From: Squalus acanthias
Taxonomy: Eukaryota
Assembly: GCA_030390025.1 (NCBI GenBank)
Contig: CM059432.1
Span: forward strand, 119,104,001 to 119,168,000
Direction of reading: 5' to 3'
Length of the DNA: 64,000 bases
The notes below the pieces were generated by a model. The model did not search any database and had not been told where the DNA came from. It was given only the letters and a program-made list of their open reading frames with translations. Of the stretch, positions 36,856 to 47,898 are shown piece after piece (positions within the stretch are counted from its first letter, which is position 1; each line of letters begins with the position of its first letter). The translations under genes were made by a program, and so were the position numbers.

Positions 36856-37820
36856 ACACAACCCCAATTCCCCATTCAACAATAGTTCCACACCTTACCT
36901 TCCCTCTGTTACTGACCATCACAGCGTCCTCTTGGCCACAATGCTGAACTAAAAGCCGCCACAAAAGAAACATTCCAATCCAATTTTATGCATCAATCCA
37001 TCCAATATTACATAACAAAGTCAACTAATCGCCCTTGTGCATTGCCTTAGTGCCTGTCTTTAGTGTGCCTTTGCCTATCGTTCTACTCCTACGAAGTCCT
37101 ACCTCAGTGGCTGCAGCATGGCTGATGGAAGGCTGCTGACTTTCAGTGTATACTGCAGATGGCATTGCAGGATGACCTCGAGCAGCTTTGGGCCTAGAAG
37201 GCCCGCCTGTAGACCGCACCACCACTGGCATGGGCGGCAGCAGTCTTGGCTGGCTGGCTGACAGGCAACAGCAAGGGCAATGGCGGAGTGTCAGGGGTGG
37301 AATCACAAATGCTGTCTTCCTGAGAGAGGACAGCATGTTCGTGCTCCATGGAGCCTCTGCCACTCCCCCAGGGCAGCGTCTCGGTATTCCTAGTAATCTG
37401 TTGGAAGACAGATTCCTGGACTGCTGTGACACCCTGCAAGCCCCTTTCCACATTGATAAATGCAGCCATGATGGCAGCAGTCTGAGCTTGCGTGGCAGAA
37501 GTCTACGCTTCCACTGCAGCACTCAGATGTTGGGTGTCTTCTGCTTGTGCTGCAATGGAAGCTGAGACATCAGCTGTCAGACGCTGCATCATGGTTGGGT
37601 CCACAAGTGCGCTAATGCAGTTGTCGATTACGTCCATGCTGGAAATTATGGGCTCCAAGCTCTGCATAAAGCCCTGTGCAAGATTGGTGCCAGGCTCCTC
37701 CATGCTCCTTGACATTGCAATCAGGCTTTCTGGCAGGTCTGGCAATGCACCAAGCATTTCATTGTGCAAACCCGTCAGCGTTCTTCTGTAGGCTGCCCCA
37801 TCAAAGTCCTCATCTGTGGT

Positions 37821-39398
37821 TTTTTTATTCATCCATGGGATGTGGGCATCGTTGGCAAGAGCAGCATTTATTGCTCATCCCTAATTGCCCTTGAGAAGGT
37901 GGTGGTGAGCCGCCTTCTTGAACTGCTGCAGTCCCTGTGGTGAAGGTACTCGCACAGTGCTGTTAGGGAGGGTGTTCCAGGATTTTGACCCGGCGACGAA
38001 AAAGGAATGGCAATATATTTCCAAGTCAGGATGGTGTTCCCATGCACCTGCTGCCCTTGTCCTTCTAGGCGGTAGAGGTCACGGGTTTGGGAGGTGCTGT
38101 CGAAGAAGCCTTGGCAAGTTGCTGCAGTGCATCTTGTAGATGGTATACACTGCAGCCACGGTGCGTCGGTGGTGGAGGGAGTGAATGTTTAAGGTGTGGA
38201 TGGGCTGCCAATAAAGCGGGCTGCTTTGTCCTGGATGGTGTCGAGCTTCTTGCGTATTGTTAGAGCTGCACTCATCCAGGCGAGTGGCGAGAATTCCATC
38301 ACGCTCCTGACTTGTGCCTTGTAGATGGTGGAAAGGCTTTGGGGAGGCAGGAGGTTAGACACTCGCTGGAGAAAACCCAGCCTCTGACCTGCTCTTGTTG
38401 CCACAGTATTTACGTGGCTGGTCAATGGTGATGCCCCAGGATGTTGATGGTGGGGAATTCGGCGATGGCAATACCATTAAATGTCAAGGGGAGGTGGTTA
38501 GACTCTCTTGTTGGAGATAGTCATTGCCTGGCACTTGTGACACAAATGTTACCTGTCACTTATCAGCCCAAGTCTGAATGTCGCCCAGGTCTTGCTGCAT
38601 GCAGGCATGGCCTGCTGCAAATGGAACTTAACACTGTGCAATATTCAGTGAACATATAGAATGCTGACATTATGATGAACGTTGGAGGGAAGGTCATTGA
38701 TGAAGCAGCTGAAGATGGTGGGGCCTAGGACAATGCCCTGAGGAACTCCTGCAGCGATGTCCTGGGGTTGAGATGATTGGCCTCCAACAACCACAACCAT
38801 CTTCCTTTTTGCTAGGTATGACTCCAGCCAGTGGAGAGTTTTCCCCCTGATTCCAATTGACTTCAATTTTACTAGGGCTCCTTGGTGCCACACTCAGTCA
38901 AATACTGCCTTGATGTCAAGGGCAGTCACTCTCACCTCACCCCTGGAATTCAGCTCTTTTGTCCATGTTTGGACCAAGGCTGTAATGAGGTCTGGAGCCG
39001 AGTGGTCTTGGCGGAACCCAAACTGGGCATCGGTGTGCAGGTTATTGGTGAGTAAGTCGCTTGATAGCACTGTCGATGACGCCTTCCATCACTTTGATGA
39101 TGATTGAGAGTAGCCTGATTGGGCGGTAATTGGCCGGATTGGATTTGTCCTGCTTTTTGTGGACAGTTTTCTACATTGTGGGCAGTTTTCTACATTGTCG
39201 GATAGATGCCAGTGTTGTAGCTGTACTGGAACAGCTTGGTTGGAGGCACGGCTAGTTCTGCAGCACAAGTCTTCAGCACAACAGCCGGGATGTTGTCGGG
39301 TCTTTGCTGTATCCAATGAACTCAGCCGTTTCTTAATATCACGTGGAGTGAATTGAATTAGCTGAAGACTGACTTCTGTGATGGTGTGGACCTGAGGA
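37821..39398 (-). mobile_element. CR1-group LINE of a second family (not L3-type), decayed
   Basis: WHQGALVKL..WLESYL..GVPQG.VLGPTIFSCFINDL; STIYKAQVRSVME.SPLAW; 3' end matches 61414-61907. Confidence 0.85.
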
Positions 39399-39399
39399 G

Positions 39400-40910
39400 G
39401 AGGCTGAGATGGGCAGCTCCTCAGCATCCCTAGCAATCTGTTGGAGCACAGACTGCTGGCCTGCTGCAACACCGTGAAAGCCCCGGTCGACGGTGGTAGA
39501 CCCAGCCACGATGGCAGCAGTCATAGCTTGCGTGGCATCAAGCTGAGACTGTATGAGAGCAGTCTGAGATTGGATGCCTCCAAGCATAGACTGCATTACA
39601 GCACTAAGACGTTGCGTCGCTTCCGCCTGTGCTGCAACGGAAGCTGCCACATCGCCCATCACATGCGGCATCAGGTCTGGGTCGCCACTGTCTCTCTGGG
39701 AGTCTACCATCCTCTTCAGACTGGAAATGATGGGCTCTATGGTCCACGCTCCTTATCATTACTGAGAGGCTCTCGGGCACCCTTGCCATTGCACCTATCA
39801 TCTCCGTATGCATGCCCATCACCCTTCTTCTAAAGGCCTCCCCATCGAGGTCCTCCTCTGAGTCCTGTGCAGCAGAATCCGCACGCGAACTCGCCCTCTG
39901 GGGAGCTGGCCCCCGAGCTATCCTTTTCCCCTGGCCTTGCTGCAGCCCACTCATCCCCGGTGCCTCACCCTGTGCAGACCCTGCTACTATACTAGCCTCT
40001 AAAGAATGCGTAGTGCCAGTATCTGAGCTGATGTCTGCAGGTGAGACATGCAGTGACGCGGTTTGTTCTTCCTCTTCTCCCGCCCCGCTCTCTACGGTGC
40101 TGCTCAGGTGCTTGCTCATTATCTGAAAGCATAAAGGCACAAGAGCTGGGTTAAGGTGAGGGGATGGGGGCAGGAAGGTAGAAATGCATGCACACAGCAT
40201 GATTAGCTGGAAGTGCGAAACGCTTGTGGGCTGACGGGGAAGTGGGATGTGAGAAGAAGCTGTAGGGATGAGCGTACTATTGTCGTCCCCAAAGGGGTCA
40301 ATGTCGCCGGTGGCCACGGCAACCACCACTTGACACCCATTAATCTGCAGCACTCTACTTTCCAGCGCAGACAGTGGTTGGGTGTCGGCTTGTCCCCCGC
40401 CTGTGTGCTCCTGCTCCCTCCTGTTGTGAACCACCTTGGCCTAGAGGAGAAAAGAAAGTGTGTGAGTGAGTGTGGAGCGATGTGTTTGTGTGATGTGCCT
40501 GCCATAGTTGAATAGCTGTCATTGAATGCTAGGTGTGAGATATGGCTGTCAGTATTAGTAGGTAGAGATTGTTGGTGGGTGAGTGCTGGGGGTGTGGTGC
40601 TTTGGGCAGTGTGTGAAGACTGTGGTACAGATGGTGGTATGTAGCATTTGTTGAAGCATTCACTCACCCTGACCACCCGAGTGAGGTCATTAAATATCTT
40701 CCTGCACTGTGTGTGGGTCCTGGGGACCACAGTGCTGCCTGAGATGTGCTGCGCTACCTCCCTCCACATGGGGCTGAAGACATGTGGCGAGGGCCTCCTG
40801 CCACTTGCCGGGTAGAGCAGCACCCTCCGCCTCATCACAACGAACACCAACGCCTTCAATGCTTGATCGCAGAATCTGTGGGCTCGCTCCCTGGGGTTTG
40901 GATCTGTCAT
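39400..40910 (-). pseudogene. Harbinger Myb/SANT gene of a third family (exons ~40910-40668, 40440-40282, 40122-39400)
   Basis: AHRFCDQALKALV..W.EVAQHIS..RTHTQCRKIFNDLTRVVR|gtgagt; ag|AKVVHNRREQEHTGGG. Confidence 0.8.
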
Positions 40911-41128
40911 AAATACAGCTGCTTCAGTCCTTCGGCTCCTTCTCCTTTCCCTGCTGCTGCTTTTTGAGGCAGCTGCACAGTCAACAGTGCTGAGAATGAG
41001 GTTTTGCAGCATCAATGAACCTCCCCTTTAAGTATTGAAAAAACCCTGTGGCAATCATGACTTGCAATTAGACTGCACCTGATATTGGTCCACCCTTTGA
41101 GTGTAATGCCAATGAGCTTGGGCGTAAA

Positions 41129-41848
41129 GGGGGAAAAATTCGCTTGTGACCATTTTGGGTCGCTAACATCATCTGGGCGCTAAATTTAGTGCCTGGCGAA
41201 AAATAGCGCCGGCGATCAGTAAATTCAGTTTTAGCATCCAAGAGGGAGGTGGAGTGCTAATTCAAGCACTCCAGTTCCTTCTTAGAACGCTAACCCCGAA
41301 TATCGGGGCGGTGCGTTCTGCAGTGCTATGCACATGGAAAGCCTCTTCCCCTCATTAAAGAGGAGGGCCCAAGCCCACAACTCTGCGGGGCCCTAACTGG
41401 ACCACCAGGGAGCGGGGTGCCATGCCAGCAGCCCGGCACTCAACAGGAGTGCCGGGCTGCCAGATTGCGGCACGGACCCCGCATTCAAAGAGGCAACGGG
41501 CTGCGCCAAATAAGTCAGTTGATTTTTTTTTTCACCGCCCGCCACCTCCCCTTTACTTATCACTCCGCGAGCCTCCTGCCACTCCATTCACACCCCCTGA
41601 ATCGGTCGCTGTCATCGCCCGCCGCAGATTCACGGGGCGCGGATCAATTTTGCAAGCGAGGTGAAAATGGAACGCTGCGCATGGTGATGACATCATCATC
41701 ACCTGTACAGCAGAGAGGGGCGCTACCGTTTATCGCTGCCGCTAAACTCCCGCTGAATTTAGCGAGAGTTGTTAGCGGCGCCGCGCCCGGTGTGAAAAGT
41801 CATCTGTGCCCCATTAGCGCCCGCACAAATGCACTGAATTTCTAGCCC
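41129..41848. mobile_element. GC-rich Harbinger-type MITE (720 bp)
   Basis: GGGGGAAAAATTC / GAATTTCTAGCCC termini; TAGCGCC motifs as in 28363-29091. Confidence 0.75.
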
Positions 41849-42930
41849 TAAGACTTGAATTAGGACTCCAATCATTTTTTTCAGCAGTGAGCACAAATTT
41901 TGCGTGCAGTCTGAAGCATACGTGCCTGGCGCTAATTCTCCAACTTTTCTAATGATACCGCCCATTCCTGGGCTATAATGAATTTCTAGCCCTCTGTATC
42001 TTAGCTGGCGCCTGCGAGTGTGAAATCGAATGCTGGTGCTGTGTCTTCATCATCATTTCTTGGTGTTCTTCTATTTCGTGCTCCTCTATCTGTGCCTGGC
42101 CAAGTGTCAGTTCTTGGCTATCTGTTGGAGAAAGGCCCAAGAGTAAGGTTGTGATGAGGGGAGCGGGGGAAAGCAAGAGGTGCATGCTTACACCATGTGC
42201 TGCTTGTAAACCAAAGGGATTGTGGGATGAGGGGAAAGTGGGATTTGAGAAGGAGGATTATGTATGCGGATACCGGCATCTTAATTCTTTCAGCCCACCG
42301 CTGGCTACAGGCTCAGCGATGCCCCTTCCAAAAATGGCCAGCACCGTCTCCTCCATTGGGGTCAGGTTATGCAGGCGCCCCTGATCGTCCCCTGCCAGTT
42401 AGGTCCTGCTGGCGCCAGTTATGCGCCACCTTCTCCTGCAAGAGAAATGGAAGTGTGTCAGTGAGTGTGGTGCAATGTGTTTGGGTAATATGCCTGTCAT
42501 GGTTGAATAGCTGACAATGTGTGCAAGCTGTGAGATGTGGGTGTGAGGCTTGCAGCAGTGGTAAGTCTGTGAGGGTGAGGTGAAGCTATGAATGTAAGGT
42601 ATGACTCGTGTTTGATAGAGATTGTTGGTGGGTGAGTGATGGGGGTGTGGTGCATTGAGCAGTGTGTGAGGCTAGTGGTGCAGTTGCTAGGATATGGCAT
42701 TTGAAGATTCACTGACCTTGACCACTCATGTGAGGTCATTAGACTCCTTCCTGCACTGCGTCCAGGTCCTCAGGGAAACACGGCTGGCATTCACCACAGC
42801 GGCTATCTGCTCCCATTGGATTGTGCACATTTGTCTGGAGGGCTTCCTGGCTCCCTGTGGAAACAGGACCTCTCTTCTCGAGTTGACCTCCTGCACCAAG
42901 GCCTCCAGTGCTGCATCGGCGAACCTTGGC

Positions 42931-43092
42931 CAATGTTCTGCTAAGCTGCACGGCCGGTTGTGAGCCACCTCCAAGGGTCTGGAGGTCCCACGGCTTTTCT
43001 ATGGAAGAAACCGCACATACGCGAAAATATGAATGGGCAATGCAGCCAGTTAAAGGGAGCACGTACCTAAAAAGAAATTAGAGGGAACATTG
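42931..43092. mobile_element. hAT-type MITE (162 bp) in Myb exon 1
   Basis: TIRs CAATGTTC..CTAA / TTAGAGGGAACATTG; 8-bp TSD ACCTTGGC (42923-42930) / ACCTTGGA (43093-43100). Confidence 0.85.
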
Positions 43093-43658
43093 ACCTTGGA
43101 ACATGCTCTCTCCCCTGTTGCGACATAATTGTTTTTTCATTCCTCCTCTCTTCCCCAGCCAGTTGAATGAGTTGCTGCAGGCAGAATGCACCTCCCCTTT
43201 AAGAGGTGCAGACTGCCTTTAAGAAATGCATGCTAGCTTTAATTGGTGCTAGCCCCGCACAAACTTGGGCCCCCTGCTGAGTGTTCAGCCATTCAGCAGC
43301 GCCTTCAGTGCTGGGCTGAAAGCCGCAATCGTGCTAATCAGCAGGCAGCACAAAGTTACCTTTGGACGGGCGCGGGGTGATAGTGCATCGCAATCCCTAT
43401 GCCCGTTTTTGGGACAAATGAATTTCTAGGCCGGTGTCGTCTTCCATGGACAGAGTGGCCAGTGGCATGGTCCATCGCATGTTCCAATCAAATGAGTGAT
43501 TGATGAATGTGAGGACATGAATTGATGGGGACCAATGGGGGAAATGTTGAAGGTGTGGTTGGTTGGTTGCAGGACTGCTTTGTGTCAATGGCATGGGTGG
43601 GGCAGTGGGTGGGAAGAGTGGCCATTGCATTTTCTGGTGACGTGTGCACTGGTGCAGC

Positions 43659-44770
43659 CTAAGTGAGCTTTGCATTAATAAGGGCATCCCTGGCATCCCA
43701 GGCAACAATGTGAGCAGTTGTGGGTGCATTGCCTTCATCACCTTCTTCCTCCTCCAAATCGTCCGAGAAGGATTTGAGCTCTTCGCCTTGTTCCTCCTGC
43801 AGGTCCAAGCCTCGCTGTTGCACAATGTTGTGCAACGCAGAACAAACGATGACCATTCTGGAGACCCTGGCTGGTGCATGCTGAAGGGTGCCTCCAGATC
43901 TGTCCAGGCACCTGAAGCGCATCTTCAGTGCTGTTGGGATTCAGTGGTTGGGTTTCTGACAGGTGTCATGAGCCAAGTTTGCAGTGGATATCCCTTGTCT
44001 CCTAGCCCTTAAGTCTGCTTCCAGGTCCAAAGAGATCAGAGAGCTTGGACTGCCACAGGACAAAAGCATCATGGCAGCTGCCCGGGAATCCTGTGCACAC
44101 CTGCATAAACATCTTTTTGTGGTTGCATACCAGCTGCACATTGATGGAGTGGAAGTCCTTGCGGTTGATGAATACTCCTGGTTGTTCTGGGGGTGCCTGG
44201 ATTCCACATGTGTGCAGTTGATCTGTGTGGGAAGCCAGCCAGAGCTGCAAAGCCAAGCACCCGCCTTTCTGACTGGCATAATCAGAGGCAAAGTTGACAT
44301 AATTGTTGGCCCTGGAGAACAAGCCATCAGTCCCCTGTCTTATGCATTTGTGGGCAGCTGACTGGGAGATCCTGGATATGTCTACAGCAGAGCCCTGGAA
44401 GGATCCAGATGCAAAAAAGTTGAGTACGGTGGTGACTTTGGCAGCCACAGGTAACTCATAGCCACCAGGTCCAGCAGGCAGCAGGTCTTCTTCTAGGAGC
44501 CTGCAGATGTCGGCCACCACCTGACGAGACATCCTGAGCGTCCTGAGAGACTGGTGTACAGACATGTCAAGGAAACTGAGCCTCTGCCTGTTGACTCTGT
44601 TTCATGAGTATTGCTTCCTGCGAGCTGCACCTCTCTGCTGGTCCCCTCTCTGCTGGTGTTCTCTCTGCTGTACAGCTACAGGTCTGTGAGCATCAGGCTG
44701 CTGCTGGTGCAGTTGCTGTTGCTGATCATCTCATCTGAGATCCAATCTAAGGCAGCATAAGCGGCACCCA
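43659..44770 (-). pseudogene. Harbinger family A DDE transposase pseudogene
   Basis: ORFs 44002-44565 (FINRKDFHSINVQLVC..FPGSCHDAFVL) and 43659-43922 (MRFRCLDRSGGTLQ..VCSALHN). Confidence 0.9.
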
Positions 44771-45894
44771 TCCTGATCTGATAGATCAAACCTCCAAAGT
44801 GTAGAAGGTAACCTCTCAGCAAAAGTACTGTGGACAAACCCTTTCCCATTAGCAGGTAAGAAAGCAGCTGTGAGTACTGAGTATTTATTGGCATCTTTGT
44901 TGAGATTGCTTCAGCCCCCTCAATTGCCATTGTGTTCTCGCCTTGGTTTCACTGGCGAGCTTCAGGAAGCCCGGGAATCCCGTGGACCCGAAGTTAAACT
45001 GAAAACAGCGTGTCAATATCGCTCTAATTGAGTGATTAGCATAAGAATATTGACAACACGACTCCCCCGAGGGGATTGCACGCAGGCAGCCTAACGCGCT
45101 CCAGTGAAATGCGGGTTGGGGCCAGCTTCCTGACATGATGTCAATTTCGCTGGGTTTAAACCCCACACCCGCTCCCACGTGCTCTTCTACATTAAAATTT
45201 AACCTTGCGTTTCTCAATGAGGAGTCTTCAATCTGATTGGTTGAAGAGACACGCTGTGCTTGGCCTGCTCACACAGGTCACAGTTACCCTGTAGAGGGCG
45301 CCACGCTGAAAATGATCTCTCGGAGCCGTAAGTTGCCGTGCAATAGCCCGTGAAAAGTCTGTGGGCAGCTATAAGCGAAGTGAACGGCGAGCGCAAAATC
45401 CGGGCCATAATATAAAAGCAACAGAATTCTCAGCAGACATTTTAAATAATACCTTCTGTCTATTGAACTTGGCAAGTTACAACAAAATATAAAGAACTTA
45501 GAACAGAAAATAATGAGTTAGCTTTTTATTGACTGAGTCGACAATTTTTGACTTCTCCACCTGGATGTAGCCTGGCAGAGCCTGATATACATCCCATTGA
45601 TAAAATAACAGGTTTTTCTCCAGCGGGCGAGCGATCCGCTCTGCCAGGTTATTGCCCAGGTGGTGAAGTTTAAAATAAGCCTCTAAATGTACTCAAAAAT
45701 GACAACTAAAATGTTTCTATTGTTCAGAACGAGGAAATGCCCTTTTAGTGAGTTCTATGTCTCACAGGAGTCATTCCACGCTCCGTTGCAGCCTGTGATT
45801 TTCTGTTATTCATTTAAAAAACTTTTGTATTCATGCCCTCGAGCTCTATGTTTAAAGTCTAAATTAGAAAAATATGCTGCTCAAGCCCACAAGC

Positions 45895-46012
45895 TCCATG
45901 CTGCTTACATAACGACGGTGATTAAACTTCAGAAGTAAGTCATTGGCTCTAATGCATTTTGGGATGTCCTTGGAATGTGATAAGGTGCTGTATAAATGCA
46001 GGTTTATTCTTA
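45895..46012 (+). mobile_element. SINE/L2-type 3' tail fragment
   Basis: ..CATTGGCT..GC.TTTTGGGATGTCCT..AAGGTGCT.TATAAATGCA; related tails at 57352-57492 (-) and 61230-61400 (-). Confidence 0.65.
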
Positions 46013-46493
46013 TCATTTCATGTGCAGTTGGGTAGAAACGGTTAATATTAACTTCTAAATCCTCCGATTACCACAAGAATATTATCTAATTCCCACAATT
46101 AGACAAATACACTTCACCTGAGCACTGAGCTTGGAGACAGAGCTGGGAGAACGCAATCGGAGTGGAGGAATTCGGTGAGAGTCGGAATTCGGTGGAGTTG
46201 AAGAAGGCAGTTGAGACGTCTAACTGAAAAGGAAGCGTGCAGCCACAGAACCCAAGGACTCTAAGTTAATAGGCACAAGAGCGGACCTGCGGGAGAGCGA
46301 GAGGTGCGGCCATAGATAAAGGTCGGCCCGTGAGACCAGAGCCCGGAGGGTGCGCGAGTGTCAGGGAGCGAGGTAAAAAACCTAAAGTGACATCAGCACA
46401 AGGGAAGGAGCTGATTGGTGAGTAGCTGGTGATTGTTTTATTTTAAGTCTTGAGTTTATTTCTATCATTAGATAATAGTCTATTAAGTAAATG

Positions 46494-47413
46494 CATGGCA
46501 CGGCACCTCAGTAACGTGGAATGCACATCTTGTGCCATGTTGAAACTCCAGGATGCTTCCCAGGTCCTGGAAAACCATATGTGCAGGAAGTGTCATCAGC
46601 TGAAGGAGCTCAAGCTCCAGGTTTTGGAGCTTGAGCAGCAGCTGGCGTCGCTGCGGTGCATCCGTGAGGCTGAGAGCTATGTGAATAGCACATTTCAGGA
46701 GGTGGTCACCCCGCAGCTTAAGAGTGTGCAGGCAGAGAGGGAATGGGTGACTGTCAGACAGACAAGGAGGACCTGGCACGTAGTGCAGGAGTCCCCTTAT
46801 TGCATCTCACTCGCTAACGATGGTTCCTCTGGGGAGTACAGCCAGAGCCAAGTCCACGGCACCATGGGTGGCTCAGCTGTACAGGGGGGGAGGAGGAAGA
46901 TCAGAAAAGCACTAGTAGTAGGAGATTAGATAGTTAGGGGAACAGACAGGCGTTTCTGCGGCCGCAGACGTGATTCCAGGATGGTATGTTGCCTCCCTGG
47001 TGCCAGGGTCAAGGATGTCACTGAGGCTGCAGAATATTCTGAAGGGGGAGGGTGAACAGCCAGAGGTCGTGGTCCATATCAGTATTAACGACATAGGTAG
47101 AAAGAGGGATGAGGTCCTGCAAGCAGACTTTAGGGAGCTAGGAAAGAGATTAAAAAGCAGGATCTCAAAGATAGTAATCTCCGGATTGCTCCCAGTGCCA
47201 CAAGCTAGTGAGTACAGAAATAGGAGGATAGAGCAGATGAATGCATGGCTGGAGAGATGGTGCAGGAGGGAGGGCTCCAGATTCCTGGGACATTGGGACC
47301 GGTTTTGGGGGAGGTTGGACCTGCACAGGCCAGATGGGTTGCACCTCAACAAAGCCGGGAAAGTAGAAACAAAGTGCACAAAGGATTGGGATAGACAGAT
47401 AGCACTAGAGTAA
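46494..47413 (+). pseudogene. CR1 ORF1: CxxC-CxxC zinc finger, coiled coil, SGNH esterase; disrupted
   Basis: CTSC..CRKC, LKLQVLELEQQL, VVGD*IVRG, HISINDI, DGLHLN. Confidence 0.85.
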
Positions 47414-47898
47414 GAAATAGTACGGTATTAGGTGGGGTCAGACTAAGAGAGAATACAAGAAGGCCTAAGACAGGTTTACAGTGCATGAATGAAAACGCAC
47501 GAAGTGTGGTAAATAAGGTTGGTGAGCTGCAGGCACAAATAGCCATATGGGAATATGATTTTGTGGCGATAATGGAGACCTGGTTCAAAAAAGGACAGGA
47601 TTGGGTTTTAAATATTCCTGGATATGACGTGTTCGGGAAAGATAGGGAAGGAAAGAAAGGAGGTGGGATGTATTGATTAAGGAGAATATTACTGAGCTGG
47701 AGAGAAAGGATGTCTTGGCAGGGTCAAGGACAGAATCTATTTGGTTAGAGTTAAGAAACAATAGAGGTGCCATTACACTACTAGATGTATTATATAGGTC
47801 ACCTACTAGTGGGAAGGATATAGAGGAGCAAAATTTGCAGGGAAATTACAGAGAGGTGCAAGAACTATAGAGTAGTGATAATGGGGGACTTCAATTAT

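Larger units (their letters stand above)
35428..43432. mobile_element. Harbinger family B element with nested insertions
   Basis: TIRs GGGTTAGAAAT / ATTTCTAGGCC; transposase + at 35800-36855; Myb exons - at ~43125-42716, 42435-42273, 42122-41992 and 37820-37025. Confidence 0.8.
34205..45204. mobile_element. Harbinger family A element (Myb gene + at left, transposase - at right), interrupted by 35428-43432
   Basis: Myb exon 1 at ~34469-34669 with GTGAGT donor; exon 3 resumes at 43433; degenerate TIRs sharing AATTTTAAT. Confidence 0.7.
33663..45406. mobile_element. Harbinger-type MITE split into 33663-34204 and 45205-45406 by an 11-kb nested cluster
   Basis: Termini AT|GGGCTCAGATTTT and AAAATCCGGGCC|AT; the two halves join as in the related copy near 17430-17475 (reverse). 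Confidence 0.65.

Noticed and set aside
8198..37823. Targeted insertion of retroelements into Myb exons
   Set aside because: Myb remnants cover a large part of the window and the insertion points differ, so chance suffices
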